Below are positions 11,656 through 23,700 of a stretch of 64,000 nt of DNA, one piece after another. The stretch lies in the NCBI GenBank assembly GCA_000091205.1, contig AP006483.2, one strand, 5' to 3'. Made by a program: the position numbers and the translations under genes. Each line of letters opens with the position of its first letter. The stretch's first letter is position 1. Under the pieces are notes generated by a model. The model had not been told where the DNA came from and searched no databases. It saw only the letters and a list, made by a program, of their open reading frames with translations. This DNA comes from Cyanidioschyzon merolae. Lineage: Eukaryota.

Positions 11656-12457
11656 ATATGATTCGTCCACAGATGTAGGGAAGTGTTGCACGTGTCGCAG
11701 AAACAGCATGCACACCGTAGCATCGCCCACGGGTCAGCGTCTTCGTCGCCCTGGCACCGAACAACCCCGGCTCTCTTGATATGACAGAGGCAACCACGAA
11801 GGCATTTCATGACCGCCATTGCCACTGCGAGCGTACCAGTTGCAACCGCGACTATGCGCGTGTGCTTCGAGCGAGTCCGTCTAGGTCACCGCCGGCACGA
11901 TAGCTCTCAACGAGCTATTGTGCGGAAACCTCGTGGCAACGAGAAAAGCTCTGCCCTGAATTGTGTTTCGGCAGACACATTATTTTCCTCATTTATGTAT
12001 TTTTGTCTAGTCTCAATCATTTCCAAATGCAGGAAAGTAGACAGGTAGAAGTGTCGTCACTTCCAGTGCATATCACCTGGAGGAGTTCGCTCGACGCTGC
12101 GCGAATCAGTGAATGTGCTCGAGAGCACATGACTCCTTCATGTGACCATCTGCAATGCCGAGCGTGTCTCACGAACGTGTGTCCATTCGATGCCATGCAA
12201 CCCGGTGCGCCTGCACGTATTCTACATGAACCCGGCATTGCATGTTTTTCATTTTGAAATAGAAGCATCCACCTAGAAAACGAATCCTCATCTATGTCAG
12301 GAGAATAGTTCGGGAAACTAGCATTCTTTCTTATCAGCAAGCGATTTTGTCATGCTGCTTGGGATTCGGCTGGAACAAGGCACCGGCGACGACGCAGCAA
12401 TGCTGCTGGAAAACGGCCACCATAAAGATTTCCGTATAAACGGGAGCTCGGAGAAGC

Positions 12458-13639
12458 TTGAGGGGCGCGTCTCTGCAACTGTGCGGAACCATGGGAACGG
12501 ATGATAGCGATACCCTTACAAGTGACGTTCAGTATCAAAAGCCGCAATCAGCAGTGATTCCGAACGGTACAGAACCAGCTGACGCTGACACTCAACTCTC
12601 TGCCTCGTCGAAAGAGGAAGCACTATGGAGGGCGAACGTGTTACGGCCGAGCAGAGATCTGGAGCTACTGCGGAGCGCTCCTTCTGTACAGGGTCCCGAC
12701 TTTAACACAGTCAATAGTGCAGATGATGTGGTGAAATCCTTTGCAACGATAGGATTCCAGGCTACTCAGTTCGCACGCGCAGTTGACGTTGTTCAACAGA
12801 TGCTCCGTGACGAGCGCGGTTGTGTCATTTTTTTGGCGTACACTTCAAACCTCGTCAGTAGTGGTGTTCGTGACGTGATCCGGTACCTCGTGCAACACCG
12901 CATGGTCGACGTCCTTGTGACAACAGCAGGAGGTGTCGAGGAGGACCTCATCAAGGTTCTGGCTCCGACCCTCATCGGCGACTTTCGCTTGCCTGGGGCA
13001 TTGCTGCGAGAGAACGGCCTCAACAGGATAGGCAATTTGCTTGTACCCAATGCGAATTACTGTCTTTTTGAGGACTGGCTCATGCCACTGCTTGACAAGA
13101 TAGTTGATGAAAGACGAATATGGACGCCCAGCGAGTTCATCCATCGCCTCGGCCAGGAGATACAACACGAGTCGAGTATCGCCACCTGGGCTGCACGGAA
13201 CGGAGTGCCGTATTTCTGCCCAGCGATTACGGATGGCTCGCTCGGTGATATGCTCTTCTACCATACATATCGGAATGAAACTCCACTCATCCTAGACGTT
13301 GTCGGCGATATCCGGAAACTGAATCGACTCGCGATTCACGCCAAATGCACGGCGATGATCATCCTCGGTGGCGGTGTCGCAAAGCACCACACCTGCAACG
13401 CAAACTTAATGCGCAACGGAGCTGACTATGCCATCTACATTAATACTGGTCAAGAATATGACGGAAGCGACAGTGGTGCCGCTCCAGACGAGGCTGTGAG
13501 CTGGGGCAAAATCCGCGGCTCCGCTGAAGCGATCAAAGTTTTCGGTGATGCATCGATATTGTTTCCGCTCCTGGTATCACAGACGTTTTGCAAGGTGCCC
13601 AGGCAACATCGACCGGACTTTGATGAAATCTCGGGGTAG
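12458..13639 (+). CDS. DHS: Deoxyhypusine synthase, the enzyme that hypusinates eIF5A
   Basis: A 393-aa intronless ORF with hallmark DHS segments [61 protein letters not shown] and [10 protein letters not shown]. An alternative start Met lies at 12491. The gene sits in the 3.35 kb unique spacer between the palindrome-1 arms. Confidence 0.93.
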   Translation: MRGASLQLCGTMGTDDSDTLTSDVQYQKPQSAVIPNGTEPADADTQLSASSKEEALWRANVLRPSRDLELLRSAPSVQGPDFNTVNSADDVVKSFATIGFQATQFARAVDVVQQMLRDERGCVIFLAYTSNLVSSGVRDVIRYLVQHRMVDVLVTTAGGVEEDLIKVLAPTLIGDFRLPGALLRENGLNRIGNLLVPNANYCLFEDWLMPLLDKIVDERRIWTPSEFIHRLGQEIQHESSIATWAARNGVPYFCPAITDGSLGDMLFYHTYRNETPLILDVVGDIRKLNRLAIHAKCTAMIILGGGVAKHHTCNANLMRNGADYAIYINTGQEYDGSDSGAAPDEAVSWGKIRGSAEAIKVFGDASILFPLLVSQTFCKVPRQHRPDFDEISG

Positions 13640-15003
13640 TGGGCCTCGAAGGGTGTCCGTTTAGATCATGCAGGGTCAACGTGCACATCTGCGTCGCATG
13701 GGAATGCCGTGGAATGCGGCATGGATTGCGGGAACACCGGCCCTGTTCTCGCGCTTTGCACTATTCATGTCTTCGCATTGTCCTAGGAGCTACAATGCTA
13801 GGTTAGATTTTTTCGATCTTTACGAGAAAAACTCTGTCTCTGAAAGGCACGACGGCAGCATGGTTCGTGAAAGTGATGAATGCCGCAACGCAGCTCCGAT
13901 TTCCAGTCTAAAGCAGAGAGACCGGTGGAATCTGGTCCTGTCCACGGTGACTTTGTGCCAGTCAGTGCATAGTATTCACATCGACGCTTTCACAAACATG
14001 AAGGGCATCATTTTTGCTCGGTCTGGGTCATACCAATGACGCATTACGGAGCGCATCGCACTCTGCGTCAGCGTCGGAGCTGTACTTGGCTGCAGCGATT
14101 GATTGCCTCGTGACTCGCCTGGACTGGCTCCTGTTGCCACATTCGGTCTCAGTGGAAGATTCTCGGAACGCCCCAGGCGTTTTGTGTGTAGTGCGAGGTC
14201 CGGTTTGCCATGCGAGAGGACGTCTCGGAAGGAGACGCCTATGCGCAGCAGCTGCCCCAGGGTGATGCCGTTCTTAAGAATACCGTTGGGAGTTCTCGAC
14301 GCTGGCCCCAGCGTATTCGACTTCAAGCATCGTCAATTAGGCAGCATATGTGTGGCAGATGAGCATATACCCTGGAATGGAACTCGTTTTCAGCGACGTA
14401 CGATTGCGTATGGGGAGATGAGCACAACCGGACCCAGCCTGGTCGCGATCTAGAGTGCACTCGAAGTGTTCCAGCACAGCGGTTCACCAGCATGCTTGCG
14501 TTGGATAACCAGGCGATTGGAACTGTTCGTTAAACATGATGGACCATGTGTGCTATGGGTATTACAACCGTAAAAAGCGTCTGAGTTTCGAACCGAACCG
14601 GAGCGACCGCAGCTGTCAGGATCCCGTCCAAAAGTTGGCCGGATACGGCCCAAGGGAGAGCACCCCGCTGTGCTGCACATCCCACAAGCGGACACTCTTC
14701 AAAGGGCAGTGTAACCGGTGGGTCTATGGAGACTGACCGCGGTGGCGACGCACTCAACTTTGCAACGAGTGCGTATAGTAGGCCGTCCGGCCTCTGGCTT
14801 CTTGGACCATGCTTCTGTTCCTGGGAGAGCTCTCTCTGGGAGTTGGCGCAAAGCGATAGCATCTCGTGAATAGAAGTATTTCCATGCGTTATCGCAGCAA
14901 GCGCCCGTATATCTATGGATCCTGGTTAGCGTGTTGCACTCTGTTGGGATAAAAACTTCTCATACAACATGCAGGGCAAACTCTAGTCTTGTCGGATAGG
15001 GAC

Positions 15004-16378
15004 GGAATACTGAACTGCTCGCTGTGTTCGTGCCCTTCGACGTTTTCCAAACATCTTCTTCCCGACGTACAGCCTCCGCATTCGGAGTGCAACAATTGCG
15101 CCCGACAAATTCAAACGGATATCTAGGATTAGCGGCGGAGGTTTCCGAGTGCCTCTTTCGACCCCGTGCATCTGCAATTTTTCACAGTACCTGAATCAGC
15201 ATGGTCCACCGCGCTTTCGAGCAAGCGTTCGTCAAACGTCCAATATCATTGAACAGTACAAGCGCATTGGCCTCGATTCTTCTACTGGCTTGCGCGTAGA
15301 TCGCTCACATAGAGCATGCCTCACGTTTCCCTTCTTCCTGTTTCAAGGCAACGACTGGACACAGCCTTTCTTGCCGCTGTACTGGTGCCGAAAAATACTC
15401 GACACGCTCCTCTGCAGGCATTTTCACGAGCTCACGCCAAGTGTCCGCCGAGCATTCCTCTCCCTAATAATCGATTCCACTCGAAGCGCAAGCCCTCTGA
15501 TTCTTAGACCCTTCAACGAATTGCCATTCGACACCAGCATGATACCTCGCATGGCGCATGCTGACCGAGGATCCCGTGACTTGCGCGTTCGAAGCGCAAA
15601 GAGTCTTGGACCAGGATTCGGGTCAGCGCAGCGAAGGTTCCCCGTGGAGAGCGCGTCTCCGGTTCGCACGAGGCGTGTGTAGTCGGATCGGAGTATCTCG
15701 GCTTGTTCCCCTGCCTAGACTAGGAGTCCGGCTTTCGCTTACCGGGAACAACACCACGTGCCACAAACGCTCTACCGAATGGAAGCGCGCGCGCTTACCT
15801 GTGCAGCAAACAGTGCATGCTCGAAAGCGATCGCTCACGAGAAGCTTCTGGTCGCAAGAGGTACCCCACCGGGCGCTGCATCGCAGGCGGGCATCAGCGG
15901 GACTCTTCGCTACGCGTCCCGGGCGCCTAGCGAGCGATAAAGCAGGCGTTCACGAGCCACCAGCCGGCTCGCGGAGTGAGCGGCTTGCTCGACGTATCAG
16001 AGCGCCTGAACCAGGCCAGGCGCCACCGCTGCGAAGCGCATACCGCGACTGTATATAGACAAGATGAAAGCGGCATGCGAAGCGAAGATCGCAGCTACCG
16101 CAGGTATACCAACTGTGTCGATAACAGTGAGAAGCGGCGAGATCTGAACCTTTACGCCGCTCTCAACATCCTTGACTGCTAGCGATAGCGCTTGAGAGAC
16201 CGGAACGACCAGTGCATTGAAAACCCGAGGTACGAGGGAGCAGACGAAACGAGTCACAGGAAACCCCCCCGGAAACGCTGGTGTTGATGGCAACGGAAAG
16301 AGACCAAATCTTTACCGCGTATACGGCCTTGATCGGGCACCTGTCCCATTTCATTCGTACACGAGTGTAGCGCTGTAC
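15004..16378 (-). repeat. Palindrome 1, right arm. It is an inverted copy of the 10288-11655 unit.
   Basis: Its reverse complement matches the left arm over the full length. It begins GGAATACTGAACTGCTCGCTGTGTTCG, which is the reverse complement of the left-arm terminus. Identity is lost exactly at 15003/15004 and at about 16378. The outer end abuts the stop of the minus-strand gene that ends at 16399. Confidence 0.9.
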
Positions 16379-16398
16379 ACCCGCGTATGCTCTCGTCA

Positions 16399-17925
16399 TT
16401 ATGCTCGCACGCGGTCCACGCGAGTAGGCTGTACAGTTCTCATGAAAGATTTCGGTAAAGCTTCCCGAATTCCAGGGACCGCAGGCGTTATGGCGTCAAA
16501 GAGAATCCCTTCGCGATGCGCAACAAGATACCCAGCGGCTTCTGCATAGCTGCGAACCCAGAGAACCCATGGCGCCTCATCTGAGGCCACGCGCTGGTGG
16601 CGAGTCAAAGCTCCATCATCGCGTACCTCTAGGACGTTCACGGGAAAGTCCCAGGGAGACCCATTCAGGCAGGTCGTGTTCTCTTTGACTGCAACGACAA
16701 GCTTGCCGCGTTGAAGCGTTGCCTGCACTGCGGGACTGCTTAAAGCATTGCTGGGCGTCACCAATGCCGCTACCTCATCTATCCAGAGTGCATATGTGCT
16801 CTTTTCGCGCTCTACTTCATCTTTCAAAATGAGGCGAGGCGCACGTGCTAAACCAGCAAGTACGCAGGGCAGGAAGGTATGGCCGAGTTCCTCTGCTGCG
16901 GCCTTGGGGTTGCAACGCTCGGCGCTGAAATGCAACTCGTTTAGCGCCGGCGCATGAGCGCAGGGTACTTTCAACGCCGTCGTAACCGTACGCGACAGTG
17001 CAGCCTCCGCGCCAGCAATGGGATCCACCCCCTTCCCTTGACGATATCGTTCGAGCATTTCTCCTGCGTTCGCGATCATATCTGGGGGAAAGTAGCAGAT
17101 AATTGCCAGCGCATCGCAGTTGTGGGGCGGTTCGAGTAAGCTCGCCGCCGCTTCAATGAGCGTCCCGGGAGCGTCCACCACGCCATAGCTGGATCCATCG
17201 TCGTGCAGGCCGCATCGGAACCTTACGGGTTCCCGCGTGACGGTATAGGCGGTTACCTGAATACCCAAGGTAGCCCGAGCGGCGTCACAGACCTGGAGGT
17301 GGCGCTCTAGGAGCGTCGACGGCACCGCTCTATCAAACACGACGCCAATCCGATTCGCAGTACCGCGCTGCGGCATGAGCCCCCAGAGGCCTTCACAGAA
17401 CCTATCCAGGGCGTATCCTTCAACGTAGAGCGCATTCGGAACCGCCCAGTAGAGCATGGCTCCGTTCAGTACGTTTGGATGGGTCACGAGCGTATCGCAG
17501 ACGCCCGCGAGTAGTCGACAGGCGGGTAACGCGTCACCGGCAAAGCCACCGATCCTAGCAGCGGTTCCGGTCGGCACGATCATGACGGCATTGTAACCGT
17601 CAAAGCTGCAGAGCAGACGGCGCGCTGTAGTGTCCCGGCACTGGCGGGGCGCGAGGCACCACGGTTGTTTGCTTTTCGGGGCAGCAACGAAGGCGTTTCG
17701 GTTGCTTTTTCCCGACCGAGACGACGCGAAATTGAGTGCGCTGCGAATACTAGCCACACCTGTTTGGACCGATAGTGCCCTTATTCTATGACAGCTCCCG
17801 ACGACGCCACAGTCACTACTCAATGACGCGTTCCAGCGTTCAGATCCAGCGAGAGATCGTACCCCGTTGTTCACGACTGCCGTCGAAACGAAGGCGCCCT
17901 GTCCCGCGGCAGCGAAACGTACCAT
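16399..17925 (-). CDS. Conserved hypothetical protein, possibly DUF3326-like. I recognise the motif MIVPTGTAARIGGFAGDA from a cyanobacterial/plastid-lineage family, but only from memory.
   Basis: A 508-aa uninterrupted ORF with a GC-rich codon pattern. It shows no match to the other enzymes I could recall. The domain assignment is tentative, although the ORF is very likely real given its length and composition. Confidence 0.6.
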   Translation of the reverse strand: MVRFAAAGQGAFVSTAVVNNGVRSLAGSERWNASLSSDCGVVGSCHRIRALSVQTGVASIRSALNFASSRSGKSNRNAFVAAPKSKQPWCLAPRQCRDTTARRLLCSFDGYNAVMIVPTGTAARIGGFAGDALPACRLLAGVCDTLVTHPNVLNGAMLYWAVPNALYVEGYALDRFCEGLWGLMPQRGTANRIGVVFDRAVPSTLLERHLQVCDAARATLGIQVTAYTVTREPVRFRCGLHDDGSSYGVVDAPGTLIEAAASLLEPPHNCDALAIICYFPPDMIANAGEMLERYRQGKGVDPIAGAEAALSRTVTTALKVPCAHAPALNELHFSAERCNPKAAAEELGHTFLPCVLAGLARAPRLILKDEVEREKSTYALWIDEVAALVTPSNALSSPAVQATLQRGKLVVAVKENTTCLNGSPWDFPVNVLEVRDDGALTRHQRVASDEAPWVLWVRSYAEAAGYLVAHREGILFDAITPAVPGIREALPKSFMRTVQPTRVDRVRA

Positions 17926-20067
17926 AAGAGCCTGTGTCAGATTCTCAACGAGCAGCTCGTGCTAGCACAGCGAGCACCCGAACCCCACTAGATGAGACCA
18001 CTCGAGTGGCACTCTATCCACAAGGGACCCGGCTCTGAACGGAGAGCACCCAAACTCGATAACCAGATACAACTCCAAACCGACACAGTTGCAATGTAGA
18101 TGCATCTATCTCGCACCGATCGATGCGTCCGCGTTGTGCAATGCATCCCTGGGTATGTGTTTGTGTGTTTGTGTGCTCATCTGCAATGCCCGCATTTCAT
18201 GGGATACTGGATTTGGTCATCCTTTCCCGCTCAAAGCATCGAGTGCAAGCGGACATCAACACAGCTCTGTTGAAACGCTGCATCTGGTGCTGTTGGTGTA
18301 CCCATCATGCCGAATAACTCCGAATACAGTCATTATGTTCGGTGCTGCAACTGCAGTAGAGGCACTTGCAAACAGTATCTGTTTAAGAGTCAACTAGTTC
18401 GATTGGTGACCTCTTGAGGCAGCATCAGTCACAGAAGCAGGCAGAGAAGATATCCTGTTGGGAAGCGGGTGATCCGATTCGAGTCCGCTTCGCAGCGGCT
18501 GTCGTCTTTGGCATTGCACAGAACGCCGTGCCGTGCTGTGTTCCCACGCCGAGCAGTCTTAGCTTTCCCGTATTGGTAGGCAACAACAGATCGAAGCGCC
18601 GCGGTTACTACAGAAACTCGAGACGTGCTCTTCACTCGCATGCTCCAGTCAAAAAAAACATCTAGCTAGAGCGCCTTTCCGGTATTAAATCTGCTTGACA
18701 GCCACCGCATTCATTCCTGACCCGTGCTTATCGGGATGGATGCGCTGTGGTCGCCCGCAGCAACCTGCTTCCACACAGAACCTCAAGCTGTTCCCCAAAC
18801 CAACGGGATGAAGATCTCCTGCGGGAAAGCGCACATACTGGGACCCGGATCCGCATGGAATTTCCGGTTCGCTTCTTTGCGTCAAACGTTCACCACTTAC
18901 GACGAGAAGACATGGACTTGTTTTCAGTTATTCTTATCGCAAGCTGCGTCGCGATTTGCGGAGATCCCGGCGCGTGTACTATGGCCAACAGCTGCCAGAT
19001 CGGCAGCGGACTATCGGTATCCTGGCACACATTGCAGTCTCACTGCGAAAAGACTGCAAAAGACGGATTGCTCAAGTGGAGAAGAACGCTGCCACCGAGG
19101 TCGCGAACTTGTTGGACCCAGTCAATGCCGGCCTTCTCCAGCCAGGCTCTACCGCAAAAGTAGATACGCCGACTTTGCCACTGATCGCATGGGTACAGAC
19201 GATCAAGAATACCGCCTCGCGTCGTTTCGAGCACCCGTTTGCCTCCTCGTGTCTCGATAACAGGGGTCCGCCGCAGAGCGAACTCACAGAGTGCCCTGCG
19301 GACCACTTGGTGCAACTCATACGGGAACGAAAGATACCCGGTGGGGTAGTAGATGACCAAGCGTTGTGCCTCAGCTGGTCCTCCGGCTCGTTTTGAGTTC
19401 ACAGAGGAGGAAGCCTTTCGCTTCTTCGCCATAACTGCACTATACGCGTGCAACTCTGAGTCGTGTGGTTAGACGTTGGACCAGCAAGTCCGTTCCAGCA
19501 AGCCAAGGCGAGGTCTACGCAAAGGAAGACGTGCTTCGCGCTTTCCGAGCCCCTTGGCGACCTATTGGGCTCCAAGAGTTGCGTGCCTTGCGCGATCAGT
19601 TTCCGGAGAGAGCGCGTCCAAGTCGCCCGGCCCCAGAGGAGAACACTTCGCAAACACCTGCTTCGCGAAACCACACACCCTGGTAACCAGGAAGGAAGCG
19701 CGCCCCTTGTACGTGCAACCTTGGAGCAGTGCGCCCCAGCCAGCTCGCAGTCCTATTCGTCACGTTTCCTCAAAGAACAGTGACCTGTGAAACACGTTCC
19801 TCCCTTGAAAAGGCTCCGAATCCTCCAAGTCGGCTGAGACTGCTACGTTTACCGCAACCCGCAAAATAGCTCAACGCTTTCGTAGCGCAGGCAATGCGCT
19901 GAATCGTCCGCCTCAGGTCGTCAAGGACGCCTCACTTGGATGCCAGTAACTAGGATGGCATCGAGGATTTCCGGGGCCTGGCGGCGACCCTGGGCCGAAA
20001 CATATCTGGCTCTGTTCTGAGCAGCTTTCGTTGAACAGTGCGCCCGCTGAACAGTCATAGTTGGAGG

Positions 20068-20736
20068 ATGCTTTCTTTTTTGGACTGGGGATCGAGCTTC
20101 CGCTCGAAAAAAGTGTCCTCCAAGGATCAAAATGATAACGCCGGTTGGCCGCCGAGCTTTCCACAGTCGCAGCTGACTTCGTTGCTGGGTACGGCTCCCG
20201 CACGCGAACGACTGCGCTCGTTGCTGCTGGAACGACAGCAGCTCCAGCTGGCTATTCGCCTTCCGGAAAGTGAAAGCGTCGACGATTGGATCGTTTTACA
20301 CTGTATCGACTTTTTGAACTTGCTGAATCTTCTCTACGGAATGGTCTACGTGCACGCTTGCACACCGAATACGTGTCCACGAATGACCGCAGGACCGGCA
20401 TACGAGTTTCTCTGGCAGCGCTCGGACAAGCGGACAATGGAGCGCTTGCCGGCCTCCAAGTATATTGAACTTGTGCTTTCCTGGGCAGAAGAGGAGCTTC
20501 GGCGCCTGATGGCGGGCAGCGCAAACCGCAAGAGCTGCCACAAGCTGGCACAGCGTTTCCATCGGATATTCGCCCATCTCTACCATCACCATTTAGCAGA
20601 CTTGCTTGATATGGACGCTATCGCCCATTTGAATACATCATATCTTCATTTCTATTTTTTTATCAAAGAGTTCGACCTCGTGGGCAGCAAGGAATTGGAG
20701 CCTATGCGAGCGTTGACTGAATGCTTGCTGGCGTAA
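20068..20736 (+). CDS. MOB1: MOB kinase activator (MOB1/phocein family)
   Basis: The N-terminus [15 protein letters not shown] resembles MOB1 MSFLFGSRSSKTFKPKK. Four core segments match MOB1. [23 protein letters not shown] matches [38 protein letters not shown] matches [27 protein letters not shown] matches [30 protein letters not shown] matches HLNTSFKHFIFFVQEFNLI. The gene has no introns. Confidence 0.9.
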   Translation: [222 protein letters not shown]

Positions 20737-23700
20737 ACCTCGTACCTAATGGAATCGGAGCTGAACCATTCTGCTATCTGGAAGCGTACGTGACGCCAAT
20801 AAGCGCTTTGCTTTGAAAACAAATACAAATCAGTATACGAGCCTCCTGGAAAACTTGTTTTTTGAATTCGGTCGGATTGGCGGAAGCAGGATTGACGGAT
20901 ACCTGGCTCGGCGGAAGCGCTACGTCCGTGCGCTCTGCGCGTTGCGTGTACTCAGTAGTAGTATCGAAGAACAGAGCACCATTTTTGTTCACCAATCACT
21001 CAGGAAATCTGTTACCCGTGTACATAGATGGCGCGTCAGACTTACTGGATTGACGAAGCGTACCAAAGCGCAGCCTAGCTCGAGGCGGGAATCTCATGCT
21101 CTCCCGCCTATCCACTGATTCTTTTTCATCGAAAATCCGTAACGTCTCTGCACGATACCCGCATTGACTAGTGGACGATTCCAATAAAATTTCGCTCGAC
21201 GCAAACCCGCGACACGCTCCCGATGCATGAAGCATTCCAAGATATCGATCATGGCATCGAAGACTTGGCGCGAAGAACGGGTTTCCGCGCATAGTTGCTG
21301 GTGGAATCACACCAAAGCAAGCCGCTTATCTTCGAATGACTCGGGATCTGACGTCGGGTCAGCGTAGCACATACCACCTCGTAGATGCGGATCTGCTTCA
21401 CGCACTTCTTCTGTGTCTGGTTCACCGTGCAACGCTGCTCGTGACGCGTATACTTTGTCCAAAAGTCATCCATGGGGAAAGTATAGAAGCCATTCCTGGA
21501 CTCGATGTATGCATTCGTTCAGGGAGCAAGCATGCGGCATCTCCGCGGAACAGAATGTCCAGCGTCATAGGCCAGAACCGAGTTACGCGGCTTCTCAGGC
21601 ATTTGCTTTCCAAACTCATTGAAGAAGCTCGCAAATGCACGCGTCTTGGATCGGTGCAACCATACCCGTTGGCGAGCACAGCGAGGTCCGGTACACTCCT
21701 GCCGAAAATCGTTTGAATGAGCCAATTGAACGCTAATGTGCTCTGCGGATACAGCGTCGAAAACATCCCGTTCTATTCGAAAACGTGTTGAGAGAGCGTC
21801 AAGATAGGTCCTGATGCCGTCCTTCTCCGAGCGGGAATGGCTGCTGACGCCGAGCATGCTCGAGTCGCTAAGACCCGGAGCCATGGACAAGTTGAGCAGC
21901 TTCCGTGACATTCCATTCAAAAGCTCCGGGAATGCCGTCTTGATTCGGTAGCGTGGTGACGGCCGAGGTGTTGTTACGCCCGCGATCCACGCCCAACACG
22001 ACATGTTTATCTTTATGTACCTTGAACGGTTGAAAAGGGTTGCGTTGCCGGGCTCATGTCGAGCTCTCCCTAGTTTCAGTAAGTGCATACTCATTGACAA
22101 GTCCTCTTTCTACATGGTTCCTGTGAATTGCTTTCCATTGGCCCCGTGTTAACGAGAACGCTCGATGAGCCCCGCCAGTGCACTTCGCAAAGTCGTTCGA
22201 TTGCTTCGTTGTTGCTCGCAGAGCCCAGCGATAGCTCACCGTTCAGGCCATCGTGGACAATACTCCAGCGTTTATGATGCTAGACTGGGACTTGCTTTGG
22301 CATAAAGAGACTACATCGACCTGAAGCGCATGGGGGCAATGTCGCTCGCATTCGCAGAATGATGCCGCTCTGCCCTGAGCGACTCTGTTCAGGAGCGCGT
22401 ACCGGCACAATACGCAAGCACATCGGGCATTACGTTCGAATCATGCTTTGGATACGACATTGGTCGGCCCGAGTCCGGGCGCAACCCGAAGGGTTTCCAG
22501 CATCTTACGCGACGCCTGCTCTCTCTGTGTGATATCGCTTCGGAGTACGCGAACATCACGAGCTCTTCCACATCAGCATCAACACCACCAGCACCTCGCT
22601 GGCCGCCTTCGACATCCCAAGATTCCCTTGCTTCAGTTCCGAGTTTTCGGGCAAGAATGGCGTGCGTACACCGGCCACAGCCTGTGCTTCATGAAGCGCT
22701 TGACATTGACCCTGCATCTGAGTTTTGAGATTGGTCGTCTACTCGCTGGCACAAGCGCTGTCGACTTTTCTCGATCCCCAGAGTGGGCACGGCAGGCCAG
22801 CAGGGCGCGCTGGCAAGCTGGTTTAGCACCTTTCTGATCCAATGGTCAGGCTATGCTGCATCTTGGGTGCCCGGGGCATCAAGTACGTTGGCACACGAGG
22901 GTTCCATTGAAAAATTCCAGAGCATTGTAGGCACCTAGCTGGATTGCGTGCAGATTCCCCACGAACCGTTGCTTGACGAGCAGCGTGCATGCGAGTGGAG
23001 CTCGGCGAGTGCCCGTCTACAGCGAAGCTTTAGGATCCCTAATGACTTGGTGCACCGTTCTTTGTGGAAGATGCTCATCGAAGATCTGTTCGAGTCGCGA
23101 GGCCTTGGCAACGGTTCCAGATTGATCGGGTCGCTTCGACACTTTTTTCATTCCTGTCCGACCTGATCTTCTTTGGTGAGGATATTTCCATTCCGTTTTT
23201 CGTGTTGTGGTACTTCCTCTCGTCCACAGCGCTGCATAGCATAGATATGGACGCCACATGCCATCGTTTTCATTTCCGGGACTCAGATGCACTGGCTGGA
23301 CAATGAGACCCCAAATCGCATGCTCTACGTATGCCTATTCTATTCCTCAGGTGCATTGTCGTCATCGGCTTTGGTACGAGCACGCTCAGCGACCGAGGCG
23401 AGCCATTCTGGTTCCTCGCACTCACGACTGGACAAGCAATACTGCAGTTCAGGGCTGGGAAAGACCGAAAGCGATTTATCGAGGAACGTCATGTCGCAGA
23501 TGCGAACGACTTGTCCATGAATCCATCATCGTGAAAATGGCGTACAGCATCATATAAAACGCTTCCGAATGCATACGATAAGAAACGCAAGTTGCGACAA
23601 AGAGCAGCTGAACGCCAATCTCGGTTGCGTACTCCTGGACGACTTTTGAGTATTGAAAAGCAAACTTATCTGAAAGCTGGTCACATGAATGCGGTAACGA

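Noticed and set aside
14540-14620. tRNA-like TTCGAA-containing segment (GAGTTTCGAACCGAACCGGAGCG)
   Set aside because: I could not build an acceptor stem and T-stem with proper complementarity on either strand. No anticodon or D-arm is evident. It is probably a chance match to the T-loop consensus.
18100-18700. GT-rich stretch and possible small RNA (GGGTGATCCGATTCGAGTCCGCTTCGC)
   Set aside because: It has T-loop-like letters but no foldable cloverleaf and no flanking conserved boxes. The GT-rich run is a short imperfect microsatellite only.
21150-22100. Minus-strand ORF fragments (…DDFWTKYTRHE…, …LANGYGCTDPR…, …FNEFGKQMPEK…) that might be exons of a gene
   Set aside because: I could not match them to any protein family. 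The frames are interrupted by stops without clear GT-AG boundaries. I report the block as a finding rather than as an annotated feature.
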